64,000 nucleotides of DNA from Bacteroidales bacterium (GCA_041725955.1 JBGRQE010000006.1:37593-101592); one strand, 5' to 3'; positions 19,087-28,680 are shown, counted from the first letter of the stretch. Notes: generated from the letters alone by a model not told the origin. Program-made: numbers and translations.

Positions 19087-21201
19087 ATGGCTGTAATAGG
19101 AAGTATAAGAAAACGCTCCGGTTTATTGTTGACCATTATTGGATTGGCTCTAGTTGCCTTTATTGTTGGTGACTTTTTGAAGCGAAACAGAGGTCCAAAG
19201 AATGTCAATGTCGGAGAAGTTGCAGGTGAAGTAATTCCCTATAAAGAATTCAATCAGGCATTTGAACGAAATGCCGAATATGTAAAAAATCAACAAAGAA
19301 AAGGATCTCTTAACTCTCAAGAAAGAAGCCGTGTTCAGCAACAAACTTGGGATCAGTTGGTACGTCAAATTATTATGGACAAGGAATTTGCAGACCTTGG
19401 AATTAACGTAACTACTGATGAGTTGAAGGATATGATTAGTGGTCCAAACCCACATCCTGCCTTAGTTCAGTCTTTCAGTAACCCTCAAACCGGAGAATAC
19501 GATCCAAAACTTGTTTTAAACTATTTATCTCAACTACCTACTTTCCCTGTTCAACAGCAGCAGCAGTGGGCTAATTTTGAGAATAGCTTAAAAGAAGAAC
19601 GTAAAAACACTAAGTTTCAGAATCTTATTAGTAAGGCTTATTACACTCCAAAAGCATTGGCAAAAATGTTTTATAGTGATGAGAAAACTGAAGCTAAAGT
19701 AAGCTATGTAGCTGCTCGTTACTCTGATGTTTCTGATTCATTGGTTAATATTGCTGAAGCAGATTATCAAAAATATTACGATAAAAATAAAGCTTTATAC
19801 GAGCAAGAAGATAGTCGTGATTTACAGTACTTAGTTTTTAGAGTGTCTCCTTCTGCCGAAGATAAAGGAAAATTGGCAAAGGAAATGAATGCTATTTATG
19901 AAGATATGAAAACTGTTGATCCTTCAAGAGTTGCTTCTTTTGTAAATGCAAATTCTGATGTTAAGTACGATAGCACATGGTTGCGCAAAGCTCAGATTCC
20001 TGCTGAAGCAGATCAGATTATTACTGAAGGTAATATTGGAGCTATCGTAAAACCTTATTTTAAAAATAGTGCTTTTTATATTAATGAGTTGGTTGCAAAA
20101 GAAATGCGTTCTGATTCACTAAAGGCTAGTCATATTTTGATTGCTTATAAAGGTGGAATGAGAGCTAATCCTGATGTAACAAGAACTTCTGAAGAAGCAA
20201 AAAAACTTGCTGATAGTTTAGCAACTGTGATTAAAGCTAATCCAAAGAAATTTGATGAATTGGCAAAATCTGAATCCGATGGTCCTTCTGCTTCTAAAGC
20301 TGGCGACTTGGGTTGGTTTACAGATGGTGCAATGGTTCCTAAATTCAATAGCTATGTACAAAACAATACTGTAGGTAGTATTGGTGTTGTTGAAACTTCT
20401 TTTGGTTACCATATTATCAAAGTAACTGATAAAAAAGATCCTCAACCAACTTATCGTTTAGCTACTATTGAACGTAAATTATTGGCAAGTGATAAAACTT
20501 ACCAAGCTAGATATCAAGATGCGTCTTCTTTTGCTGTAAAAGCCAGAACTTATGATGGTTTTATTAGTACTATCGAAGAAGAAGGTTTGAATATGAGAGA
20601 TGCTAAGAAAGTAAAAACTACTTCTGCTTATATTCCTGGAATCAAAAGTCCACGTGAAATTATTCGTTGGGCATTTAATGAAAAAACTACTAAGGGTAGT
20701 GTTTCTAATGTATTCGAGGATGAAGATAAATATGTAGTTGTTGCTGTAGCTGATGCTTATGCTAAAGGTATTCCTGCTCTTGCAGAGATTAAAGATCGTA
20801 TTAAACCTTTTATCGTTAATGAGAAAAAAGGTGAATACCTTGCTGAAAAAATGAATTCTACCGACTTAAATACTGTTGCTTCTGCTGTTAGTAGTAAAGT
20901 TGATGAAGTGAATTCATTGAAATTTGCTGATAGAAACTTCCCTGGTTTTGGAATGGAATCTAAAGTAATTGGAGCTGTTTTTGCTCTTCCTGAAGGACAA
21001 GTTTCTAAGCCTGTTATTGGAAATGCTGCTTGTTTTGTAGTAAAAGCTGATAAGTTAACTCCTGCGCCAGCAACCGAAGATTATAAAACAGTTGTTGATC
21101 GTTTGAATAGTGATTTCCAAAGACGTGTAAGTGGCGGCTATGTGTTAAAAGCTCTTGAGCAAAATGCTGAGATTGTTGATAACAGAATTAAATTCTTCTA
21201 G
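19087..21201 (+). CDS. Periplasmic chaperone / peptidyl-prolyl isomerase, PpiD-like
   Basis: It has an N-terminal membrane anchor, SurA-like regions and a parvulin domain (ASHILIAY ... GDLGWFTDGAMVPKF ... FGYHIIKV). Confidence 0.8.
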   Translation: MAVIGSIRKRSGLLLTIIGLALVAFIVGDFLKRNRGPKNVNVGEVAGEVIPYKEFNQAFERNAEYVKNQQRKGSLNSQERSRVQQQTWDQLVRQIIMDKEFADLGINVTTDELKDMISGPNPHPALVQSFSNPQTGEYDPKLVLNYLSQLPTFPVQQQQQWANFENSLKEERKNTKFQNLISKAYYTPKALAKMFYSDEKTEAKVSYVAARYSDVSDSLVNIAEADYQKYYDKNKALYEQEDSRDLQYLVFRVSPSAEDKGKLAKEMNAIYEDMKTVDPSRVASFVNANSDVKYDSTWLRKAQIPAEADQIITEGNIGAIVKPYFKNSAFYINELVAKEMRSDSLKASHILIAYKGGMRANPDVTRTSEEAKKLADSLATVIKANPKKFDELAKSESDGPSASKAGDLGWFTDGAMVPKFNSYVQNNTVGSIGVVETSFGYHIIKVTDKKDPQPTYRLATIERKLLASDKTYQARYQDASSFAVKARTYDGFISTIEEEGLNMRDAKKVKTTSAYIPGIKSPREIIRWAFNEKTTKGSVSNVFEDEDKYVVVAVADAYAKGIPALAEIKDRIKPFIVNEKKGEYLAEKMNSTDLNTVASAVSSKVDEVNSLKFADRNFPGFGMESKVIGAVFALPEGQVSKPVIGNAACFVVKADKLTPAPATEDYKTVVDRLNSDFQRRVSGGYVLKALEQNAEIVDNRIKFF

Positions 21202-21246
21202 TAATATAGAAGTTAGCTATTCTGATAAATTGAAAATATTTCCTTT

Positions 21247-21278
21247 AAAAAAAGCCCTCCGTTTGGAGGGCTTTTTTT
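21247..21278 (+). terminator. Rho-independent terminator after the PpiD-like gene
   Basis: The stem AAAGCCCTCC gttt GGAGGGCTTT is followed by a T-run. Confidence 0.8.
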
Positions 21279-21459
21279 GTACTTACTATTTTATATTTAC
21301 TATTTAAGAAATATTATTTTTTCTCTCTGTTTATTGCCAGCTGTTTAGATTGTACCAATATCCTGTAGTTTTGAATTATTAAAAATAGATATAAGGGTTT
21401 TGTATTGTGGTATAGTTTTTGAATATTTGAAGGGAAATCAGTTTAAAAAAGTTTATTTT

Positions 21460-23676
21460 ATGAAGAAAGTTCTATTGTTGGTTTCTGCCTTGATGATGGT
21501 TTTTCAGACCTATGGTCAAGATAGAACAAAGTATGGTGTTCGTCTTATTCAAGCATCAGAAAATTTAGTACGTGCTGATAAAAGCAAAGATATTCAAGTT
21601 TTTATTTATGGAGATATTCCTGCTGTTGAGAACTTGGTGAAAGAAGTTGGGGGTGAAATTAATACTGTTTCAAAAGATATATTAACTGCTCAATTGAATT
21701 TTGAAGCGATTGAAAAAATCGCTGTGTCGGAATCTGTAAAATATATTCGTTTAGGTTCAGATCTAGAACTTGCCAGTGATAAAGCTTTAGGGCATGTTTT
21801 TGCCAATCAAGTGCATTCAGGTCTTGCTCCTCTTGAGCAGGCGTATACAGGTAAGAATGTAATTGTAGGAATTATTGACACTGGAATTGATTATAATCAT
21901 TCCGATTTTCGCAAAAAGGATGACGCTTCCAAGTCGCGTGTATTGTATATTTGGGATCAACTTAATTCTTATGGAGGAGAGAATCCAGAAGGTTTCAATT
22001 ATGGGTCTGAATGGAATCAAGAACAAATTGAGAACTCTATAGACCAAGAGAAACCTGACGTTAGCCACTTCGACACTGAAGGACACGGAACTCATGTAAC
22101 TGGAATTGCTGCAGGTAATAGGGGAATAGCTCCTGAGGCAGATATAATTATGGTTAAGGCTAGTTTAACCGGATCTACAGGTATTGTTGATGCTGCAAAA
22201 TATATTTATGCCAAAGCTGAAGAATTAGGAAGACCTTGTGTAATTAATGCGAGCTTGGGCGTTTTTATGGTCCCTCATGATGGTACCGACCCAAATGCAG
22301 TAATGGTTGATGAAATGGTTAAGGAAAAACCGGGAAGAGCATTTGTTTCCAGTGCAGGTAATTTTAAAGGAAATAATATGCACGCACATATTGTGGTAAA
22401 AAAAGATTCTCCTGTTTATACCTGGAATTGTCCTGTGCCAACTTATAGTGGAAATATAAGTATTTTTAATGGTGTGGTTAATAACTCTGATCTTGATAAT
22501 TTATCCATGTCTTTTGGCTTGGATACTATAAAATATGATGAAGCTCTTGATGCTCCAATACCTGTTAAACTTGTAGATAAATTAGATTATTTTAGTTTAA
22601 AAGATGTAAAAGAACAAGGAGGAACAAAACAATTAATTTTGAAATATACTGATGAATCTAATGCTGCTAGTGTATTATTTTTTCTTTCAGATTTGGATGA
22701 AAACAGATCTGCATTTCAAATACAAATAGTTCAAAAATTTAAACCAGAGCAATCGAACTTTGGAATGGGTTTTATTCGTACTTACTTTAAAGGTGAAGCC
22801 GAATTAAATACTTGGTGTTTGGCGGGTTTGAATTTTACGGATGAGGCAATTGAAGATTTAAAGGATAAGAATATTACTATTGAAGAGGGCTTTATTTCTG
22901 GGGATGAAAACTCGACAGTGACTTCTCCTGCAACAGGAAAAGAAATTATAGGTGTAGGTGCTTATATTAACCGTGATCAATGGGAAAATAGTTTAGGAGA
23001 GATAGCAAAGACAAAAAAAGAGGAAGTAGTGGGTGATATGGCTCCTTTTTCATGTCAGGGACCAACTATTGATAATAGAATTAAACCAGAGATTTGTGCG
23101 CCAGGAATGTATGTAATGTCTTCCCTTTCCAGCAAATTTAATACTGCTCCGTTTGCTAATGAGATGAATAAAGATAAAACCCGTATTGTTATGAGTGGAA
23201 CATCTATGTCGGGTCCTGTAGTAGCTGGTGCTGTTGCTTTAATGCTTGAGCAAAATCCAAATCTTACCAATAAAGAAATTAGAGATAAGCTATTTTCAAG
23301 TACATTAACTGATAATTTTACAGGTGAGTTAGCTGAGCCTAATAATACCTGGGGATATGGAAAATTAGATATCTTCAAAACTCTTTCTGGTATAAGAGTT
23401 GGTGTAAACGAGGTTGTTATTGATAACGCCAATTCTATTCTTGTAGAATCACTTTATCCAAACCCAGCAAAAGGTGAAGTTAATGTTGTTCTTAAAAAAG
23501 AATTTACTGGTAAATTGAGTGTGTATAATGCACAAGGAATTATTTTGTATCAAAAAGATATACAAAGTTTTTCTAATAACTGTAAAATAAAGACTGACGA
23601 TTTTGCTGCCGGAGTTTATATGCTCAACGTAAAAGGGGAAAATAACTCTGAGATATTGAAATTTATAAAAAAATAG
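21460..23676 (+). CDS. Subtilisin-like serine protease (peptidase S8) with T9SS C-terminal sorting domain; paralog of 568..2742
   Basis: The triad motifs are VGIIDTGIDYNH, HGTHVTGIAAGN and SGTSMSGPVVAG. The C-terminus reads SLYPNPAKGEVNVVL...GVYMLNV. I prefer the ATG at 21460 (MKKVLLL signal) over the track's TTG. Confidence 0.9.
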   Translation: MKKVLLLVSALMMVFQTYGQDRTKYGVRLIQASENLVRADKSKDIQVFIYGDIPAVENLVKEVGGEINTVSKDILTAQLNFEAIEKIAVSESVKYIRLGSDLELASDKALGHVFANQVHSGLAPLEQAYTGKNVIVGIIDTGIDYNHSDFRKKDDASKSRVLYIWDQLNSYGGENPEGFNYGSEWNQEQIENSIDQEKPDVSHFDTEGHGTHVTGIAAGNRGIAPEADIIMVKASLTGSTGIVDAAKYIYAKAEELGRPCVINASLGVFMVPHDGTDPNAVMVDEMVKEKPGRAFVSSAGNFKGNNMHAHIVVKKDSPVYTWNCPVPTYSGNISIFNGVVNNSDLDNLSMSFGLDTIKYDEALDAPIPVKLVDKLDYFSLKDVKEQGGTKQLILKYTDESNAASVLFFLSDLDENRSAFQIQIVQKFKPEQSNFGMGFIRTYFKGEAELNTWCLAGLNFTDEAIEDLKDKNITIEEGFISGDENSTVTSPATGKEIIGVGAYINRDQWENSLGEIAKTKKEEVVGDMAPFSCQGPTIDNRIKPEICAPGMYVMSSLSSKFNTAPFANEMNKDKTRIVMSGTSMSGPVVAGAVALMLEQNPNLTNKEIRDKLFSSTLTDNFTGELAEPNNTWGYGKLDIFKTLSGIRVGVNEVVIDNANSILVESLYPNPAKGEVNVVLKKEFTGKLSVYNAQGIILYQKDIQSFSNNCKIKTDDFAAGVYMLNVKGENNSEILKFIKK

Positions 23677-23724
23677 GTAATGCCCTTAAGTATTTAAGCG
23701 TATTATTCTGAGTTGTTTATAATT

Positions 23725-23778
23725 GGTGTTTATTCAAAAAAGAATTGATTTTTTACTTTTTGAATAAACACCTTTTTT
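23725..23778 (+). terminator. Hairpin terminator after the second S8 protease gene
   Basis: A perfect 16-bp inverted repeat, GGTGTTTATTCAAAAA / TTTTTGAATAAACACC, is followed by T6. Confidence 0.65.
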
Positions 23779-23944
23779 ATAATATACTGTTTGTTAGGTT
23801 GTTGGTGTTTTTTGTCTAAAAAGATGAAAAAATAATATGATTATATATATAGAATGCTTGCAGGATAACGTTTTAAACCTTTACCAAATAGCAATTCAGC
23901 AAGTCTGAATAAACAACAAAATAATCAAACTGATACCTTAAACT

Positions 23945-25384
23945 ATGAAAAGAAATCTATTTTCATTTTTATTAATTTCTTTGATCTTAATATCATTTAG
24001 CTTCCAAAGTCAAGCTCAGGCATCTTCTAAAACTATTAAACTTGACAGTACTTTTCGTGTAAAAACCAGTAAGAGTCTAGTCGGTTATGAAAAAACAATT
24101 TATAAGTATGATCAAAAGAAGCGTTTAGTTGAATCTAAATGGATTGATTATGTGGAGCTACCTAAATATCAGATTAATTTTGGCTATATCACTAATTTCA
24201 AATACGATAGTGATGGAATGCTTATAGAACAATCAGTTCAAGCATATGAACCCTATGAAAAGAAATGGTACTTATCTTTAAGAACTGAGAAAACTTATAA
24301 AAAAGGTGTTATCTCTACAATCATTCAATACAAAGATATTCAAGGTGAACTATTACCATCTAATAAAGATGAGTACACTTATTTGAACGATGGGCATCAA
24401 TTGGATCATTTCGTTTATAATGATGCGAAAAAAGAATGGAAAATAAAGAGTCGTGAGAAGTTTCTTTATGATATTAGTGGAAATTTAGTTAAAAGAACTG
24501 AATGGGAAGTGCTTTCTGATGGGTCATTAAATTTTGTAAAGCAAGATGCAATTGCATATAATAGTAAGGGTTTGCGTACTTTATATGAAAAGCAAATTTA
24601 TATGGCGTTAAGCCAAAAGTGGTTCACCACAGAAAAAGTTGATTATACTTATGATGATAAGAATCAAGAGACTTTAAGATCTTATTCTAAAGATATTGAT
24701 GGTAATATGACTCTTTATTCAAAAGTTCAAACTACTTATTCTGATGCAAACAATCGTGTTGTAGATTCAATGGCATATAAGTTTTATAATGGAACTCAAA
24801 AATGGGGCAATCTTAAAAGAGAAGAATTAAATTTCGATAATAATAATAACCTTATTTCTAATATCATTTCTATAGAAATGAATGCTATTGGAAGTTCTGA
24901 GAGTGAATTGGTAAAATATAGCAGAAATGTTCTTGATGTTGATGCCGACCAATCTATTAAGAATATTGCATTTCCAACTAAATCAATTCCTTTCTTCGAT
25001 GCTTTATTCCCTGTTTATCTAAAGAATAAAGTGAACACTATGCATTATGCAAAGTACGATAATAGAAACAAGGAATGGAAAGACGACAGCGATAAGGTTA
25101 CTTTCTTTTATTCTAAAATTGAAGGTGTTCCTACTGCTGTAAATGAAGTTCTTTCAGAAGAATTGTTATGCTATCCAAACCCGGTTGTAAAACAACTTAA
25201 TGTAGTTCTTCCAGATCAAAATCATTCAGGTGAAATTATGTTGTTTTCTGTTGATGGTAAATTAATTGTCAAACAGAATGTACAAAAGAATTTTACCATT
25301 GAAATGGGTAATTTGAAAAAAGGAACTTATATCTTACAAATCAATTGTGGTTCAAAAGTCTTGAAAAAGAAAATATTAAGATAG
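23945..25384 (+). CDS. Hypothetical secreted repeat protein with T9SS C-terminal sorting domain
   Basis: It has a signal peptide and about eight divergent modules resembling Y-x-Y-D-x-x-G-x-L (YKYDQKKRL, FKYDSDGML, FLYDISGNL, YTYDDKNQE ...). The C-terminus reads CYPNPVVKQLNVVL...GTYILQI. Confidence 0.65.
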   Translation: MKRNLFSFLLISLILISFSFQSQAQASSKTIKLDSTFRVKTSKSLVGYEKTIYKYDQKKRLVESKWIDYVELPKYQINFGYITNFKYDSDGMLIEQSVQAYEPYEKKWYLSLRTEKTYKKGVISTIIQYKDIQGELLPSNKDEYTYLNDGHQLDHFVYNDAKKEWKIKSREKFLYDISGNLVKRTEWEVLSDGSLNFVKQDAIAYNSKGLRTLYEKQIYMALSQKWFTTEKVDYTYDDKNQETLRSYSKDIDGNMTLYSKVQTTYSDANNRVVDSMAYKFYNGTQKWGNLKREELNFDNNNNLISNIISIEMNAIGSSESELVKYSRNVLDVDADQSIKNIAFPTKSIPFFDALFPVYLKNKVNTMHYAKYDNRNKEWKDDSDKVTFFYSKIEGVPTAVNEVLSEELLCYPNPVVKQLNVVLPDQNHSGEIMLFSVDGKLIVKQNVQKNFTIEMGNLKKGTYILQINCGSKVLKKKILR

Positions 25385-25585
25385 GTTTTGTGATTCGGTT
25401 TTTCTTACGAATAAAGCGCAATTCGTAATTTATATTCTGAATTTTTAATACATCATCAAAGAGATTGTCTAATCTTAATGGTGATGTTTTTTTATAGATT
25501 TCTAATCTGTAATACGAATTACCAAAACATAAGAATGTTTTTTTTCAGATATTTGAACTTTTAAATAAGTTCAAAATCATTGTAC

Positions 25586-27385
25586 ATGGAATTTAAAGGG
25601 ATTCAAGAAGAATACCAAAAAAGATACCAAGAGTCAAAAACAAAATTTGACCATTATTCTCGTTTGGGAAAACAGTTTTCGCTTTACAGAATACTTGTCT
25701 TTATTATCACTGTTATAGGTGTTTATTTTGGAACACGCCATGGGATGGATTATGTACTTGCTGTATTTATTCCGGGCTTGATCGTTTTTTTGTTGCTTGT
25801 GAAATATCATAGTTCTGTGCATCGAAAAAAGAAAATTTCTCAGACTCTTATGCAGATTAATGAGAAAGAATTGGATGTATTGGATATGAAATTTACCAAG
25901 TATGATGGAGGGTCGGATTTAAATGAAGTTGACCATCCATATACTCATGATTTAGATGTTTTTGGGAAAGGAAGTTTATTTCAATATATAAATCGGTGTG
26001 TTAGTTTTGCAGGACGAAAAGTGTTGTCTGATTATTTGAAATTCCCTGAATATAGTCGTAAAAAAATTATTGACAGACAGAAGGCTGTAAAAGAGATTGC
26101 TCCAAAGATAGATTGGCGTCAGAACTTTCAATTGCATGGCTTAATGGCCGAGGAGAAGAAGGAAGATTTAAAAAGATTAAAAGAATGGCTACACGTAGAG
26201 TCTTATTTTGATCGTCCTATATTCTGGATTTTTGTATATGTAATACCAGCTTTTATGTTGGCTTCGGTTTTGGCAGTTATTCTCAATCTTTGGGCTGTTC
26301 AGGCTTTGTTAATTCCAATATTTATAAGCCTTTCGGCTTCAGGCTCCTTTTATAAACGAATAAATTACATTCATTTTCTTTTAGATCAGCAAACAGGATT
26401 GCTAAAGAAGTATCAATCTGTTTTTGAATCTATTGAAAAAACTGAGTTTGAAGCTCCCTATCTTAAGCAGCTGCAACAGCAATTGAAAACTGCAGACAGT
26501 AGTGCCGTAAAAGAATGCTCTAAACTCTATGGAATAGCCAAGAAATTCGAATTTAGAAATAATATTATAGTTGCCATATTACTTAATATATTGTTCCTCT
26601 GGGATATTCGTCAATGTGTATTGATGGAAAAATGGAGAAGGCGTAATAAGAAGTATTTTGAAAAGTGGTTGGATACATTAAGTGAATTTGATGCTTTAAA
26701 TAGCTTGGCAACCCTAACTTATAATCGATCTGATTTACATTTCCCTACAGTATCTGATCATCAATTATGTTATCAGGCAAAAAATGCAGGACACCTTCTA
26801 ATTAATCCACAAAAGAGAGAAGATAATCCAATCTCTTTCAATTCATGGAAAGAATTCCAAATAATTACAGGGGCTAATATGGCCGGGAAGAGTACATACT
26901 TACGAACCGTAGGCAGTAATTTAATACTAGCTATGGCTGGGGCTCCTGTGTGTGCTGAAGAATTAACTTTTGCTCCTGTACAAATATTTACAAGTATAAA
27001 AACAGTTGACTCCTTGCTAGAGAATGAATCATACTTTTTTGCCGAACTTAAGCGATTAAAAGAGATTATTGTTCGTCTTGAAAAAGGGGAGCAGTTGTTT
27101 ATAATTTTGGATGAGATATTAAAAGGTACCAATTCTAAAGATAAACAAACAGGTTCTATGGCATTAGTAGAACAGTTAATTCGCCTAGGAGCCTCTGGTA
27201 TCATAGCTACGCATGATTTAGTTCTTGGATCTTTAGCAACACGGTTTCCCGAAAATGTAAAAAACTATTGTTTTGAGGTTGAATTTCAAGAAGATCATCT
27301 TATCTTTGATTATCAATTAAAGAAAGGAATTAGTCAGAATCTTAATGCAACCTTTCTGATGAAACAAATGGGCATTACTCTTTAA
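25586..27385 (+). CDS. MutS-family ATPase (domain V only) with N-terminal membrane segments
   Basis: It has the Walker A motif ITGANMAGKSTYLR and the Walker B-like motif FIILDEILKGTNS. Several hydrophobic helices lie in the N-terminal half. The first ATG is at 25586. Confidence 0.75.
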   Translation: MEFKGIQEEYQKRYQESKTKFDHYSRLGKQFSLYRILVFIITVIGVYFGTRHGMDYVLAVFIPGLIVFLLLVKYHSSVHRKKKISQTLMQINEKELDVLDMKFTKYDGGSDLNEVDHPYTHDLDVFGKGSLFQYINRCVSFAGRKVLSDYLKFPEYSRKKIIDRQKAVKEIAPKIDWRQNFQLHGLMAEEKKEDLKRLKEWLHVESYFDRPIFWIFVYVIPAFMLASVLAVILNLWAVQALLIPIFISLSASGSFYKRINYIHFLLDQQTGLLKKYQSVFESIEKTEFEAPYLKQLQQQLKTADSSAVKECSKLYGIAKKFEFRNNIIVAILLNILFLWDIRQCVLMEKWRRRNKKYFEKWLDTLSEFDALNSLATLTYNRSDLHFPTVSDHQLCYQAKNAGHLLINPQKREDNPISFNSWKEFQIITGANMAGKSTYLRTVGSNLILAMAGAPVCAEELTFAPVQIFTSIKTVDSLLENESYFFAELKRLKEIIVRLEKGEQLFIILDEILKGTNSKDKQTGSMALVEQLIRLGASGIIATHDLVLGSLATRFPENVKNYCFEVEFQEDHLIFDYQLKKGISQNLNATFLMKQMGITL

Positions 27386-27423
27386 CTAAGGTAGCTCTTC
27401 CTTTCTTTAGTATACACTCTTTT

Positions 27424-28299
27424 ATGGATAAACTAAAATCAATTCTAGATTCAATTAAGCAAGATCAGCTTTCCGGTTCAATTGTTTTGTTACAAAAGTT
27501 AATCGATGGTTTTAAAGATTTGTCAAGTGCTTGGGATGATATTAAAGATCTCAATACGTATCAAATTATATCGATTTTGTCGGAGTTTCAAAGTGATATG
27601 AGTGATTTTATAGTGATGAATCATTTCTTAAACGAAATTATTGATCGTATAAAAAGGAGTGGTGATATTGTGGATCTGGGTCGTTGGTGCTCGCATTATG
27701 AATATGAATGGAAAGATATTGCCGACCGTATGGCAGGGAATTTTCTGGAAACTGTTGAATTAAGTAAAAAGAATGTGCTGTTACATTCAAATAGTGGCAC
27801 TATACATTCAATTTTCAATCAGTTAAAAGATAAAGACCTTTCTATTAATCTTATTCAAACAGAATCGAGACCAAATAATGAAGGTGTTCTTCAGGCCGAA
27901 CAATTGGCTGCAATGGGATATCCAATACGCTTAACTATTGATGCTTCAACTCATCAGGTTATGGATGAAGTGGATTTAATTATCCTTGGTGCTGATAGTA
28001 TCTATCAGGATTATTTTATAAATAAAATTGGTAGCTATCCTATAGTATCTGCAGCAAGACAATTTCAGGTTCCTGTTTTTGTTATCGCCGACAGTCGTAA
28101 ATTTTGGACCAGTGTTCCTGCAACTAGTGTGCGTAAATGGAATGGACCTGTAAATTATAATCCTGAAGAAGTGTATTCTGGTAGTGTCAAAGGAATAGAA
28201 GTGATAAACCATTATTTTGAATCTATTCCAAATCGATATGTCACTGCTTTTATTACAGAAAATCAGGTCTTCCGACCTGGTGAATTATGGGAATTTTAA
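27424..28299 (+). CDS. eIF-2B alpha/beta/delta-like family protein (MtnA/ribose-bisphosphate isomerase superfamily), short form
   Basis: The motifs TESRPNNEG and LIILGADSI match family motifs as I recall them. At 291 aa it is shorter than typical MtnA. Confidence 0.5.
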   Translation: MDKLKSILDSIKQDQLSGSIVLLQKLIDGFKDLSSAWDDIKDLNTYQIISILSEFQSDMSDFIVMNHFLNEIIDRIKRSGDIVDLGRWCSHYEYEWKDIADRMAGNFLETVELSKKNVLLHSNSGTIHSIFNQLKDKDLSINLIQTESRPNNEGVLQAEQLAAMGYPIRLTIDASTHQVMDEVDLIILGADSIYQDYFINKIGSYPIVSAARQFQVPVFVIADSRKFWTSVPATSVRKWNGPVNYNPEEVYSGSVKGIEVINHYFESIPNRYVTAFITENQVFRPGELWEF

Positions 28300-28319
28300 G
28301 GAAACTTTATATGAGAAAA

Positions 28320-28359
28320 AAGAGGCTGCCAAAATGCTTTTGGGAAGCCTCTTTTTTTT
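28320..28359 (+). terminator. Hairpin terminator after the eIF-2B-like gene
   Basis: The imperfect stem AAGAGGCTGCC ... GGGAAGCCTCTT is followed by T8. Confidence 0.6.
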
Positions 28360-28470
28360 ATACCAAACCTATTAGATTTACAGCATACTACAAAAACTAA
28401 ATCTACAGCTTTCAATAACTAGAGCCCCTATTGATTACCCTTGAATTTACTGTGTTTTGACTAAATACCC

Positions 28471-28680
28471 AGGAGGTTTCCATCCAAAAGCTAGGAGGTT
28501 TCCATCCAAAAGCTAGGAGGTTTCCATCCAAAAGCTAGGAGGTTTTCATCCAAAAGCTAGGAGGTTTTCATTCAAAAGCTAGGAGGTTTTCATTCAAAAG
28601 CTAGGAGGTTTTCATTCAAAAGCTAGGAGGTTTTTATCCAAAAGCTAGGAGGTTTTTGTTTAATGGCTAGTAGTTTCTAT
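28471..28680. repeat. Tandem array of about 9.5 copies of a 22-bp unit (AGGAGGTTTCCATCCAAAAGCT)
   Basis: I counted the units by hand. Units 1-3 are identical. Unit 4 has one change (TTTTC). Units 5-7 share two changes. Unit 8 differs from units 1-3 at two positions (TTTTT), and units 9-10 decay. There are no spacers, and 22 is not a multiple of 3. Confidence 0.95.

Noticed and set aside
23055-23432. Long antisense ORFs inside large genes. This one is an example, and others lie at 26773..27204, 36128..36499, 44833..45210, 46932..47252 and 60200..60502.
   Set aside because: Each lies fully inside a longer gene on the opposite strand that has strong family motifs. None shows a recognisable domain. 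They are the expected by-product of AT-rich codon usage.
28471-28680. Possible CRISPR array, given regularly spaced direct repeats.
   Set aside because: The units are contiguous with no unique spacers. The 22-bp unit is shorter than CRISPR repeats, and no cas genes are in the window. It is a simple tandem repeat.
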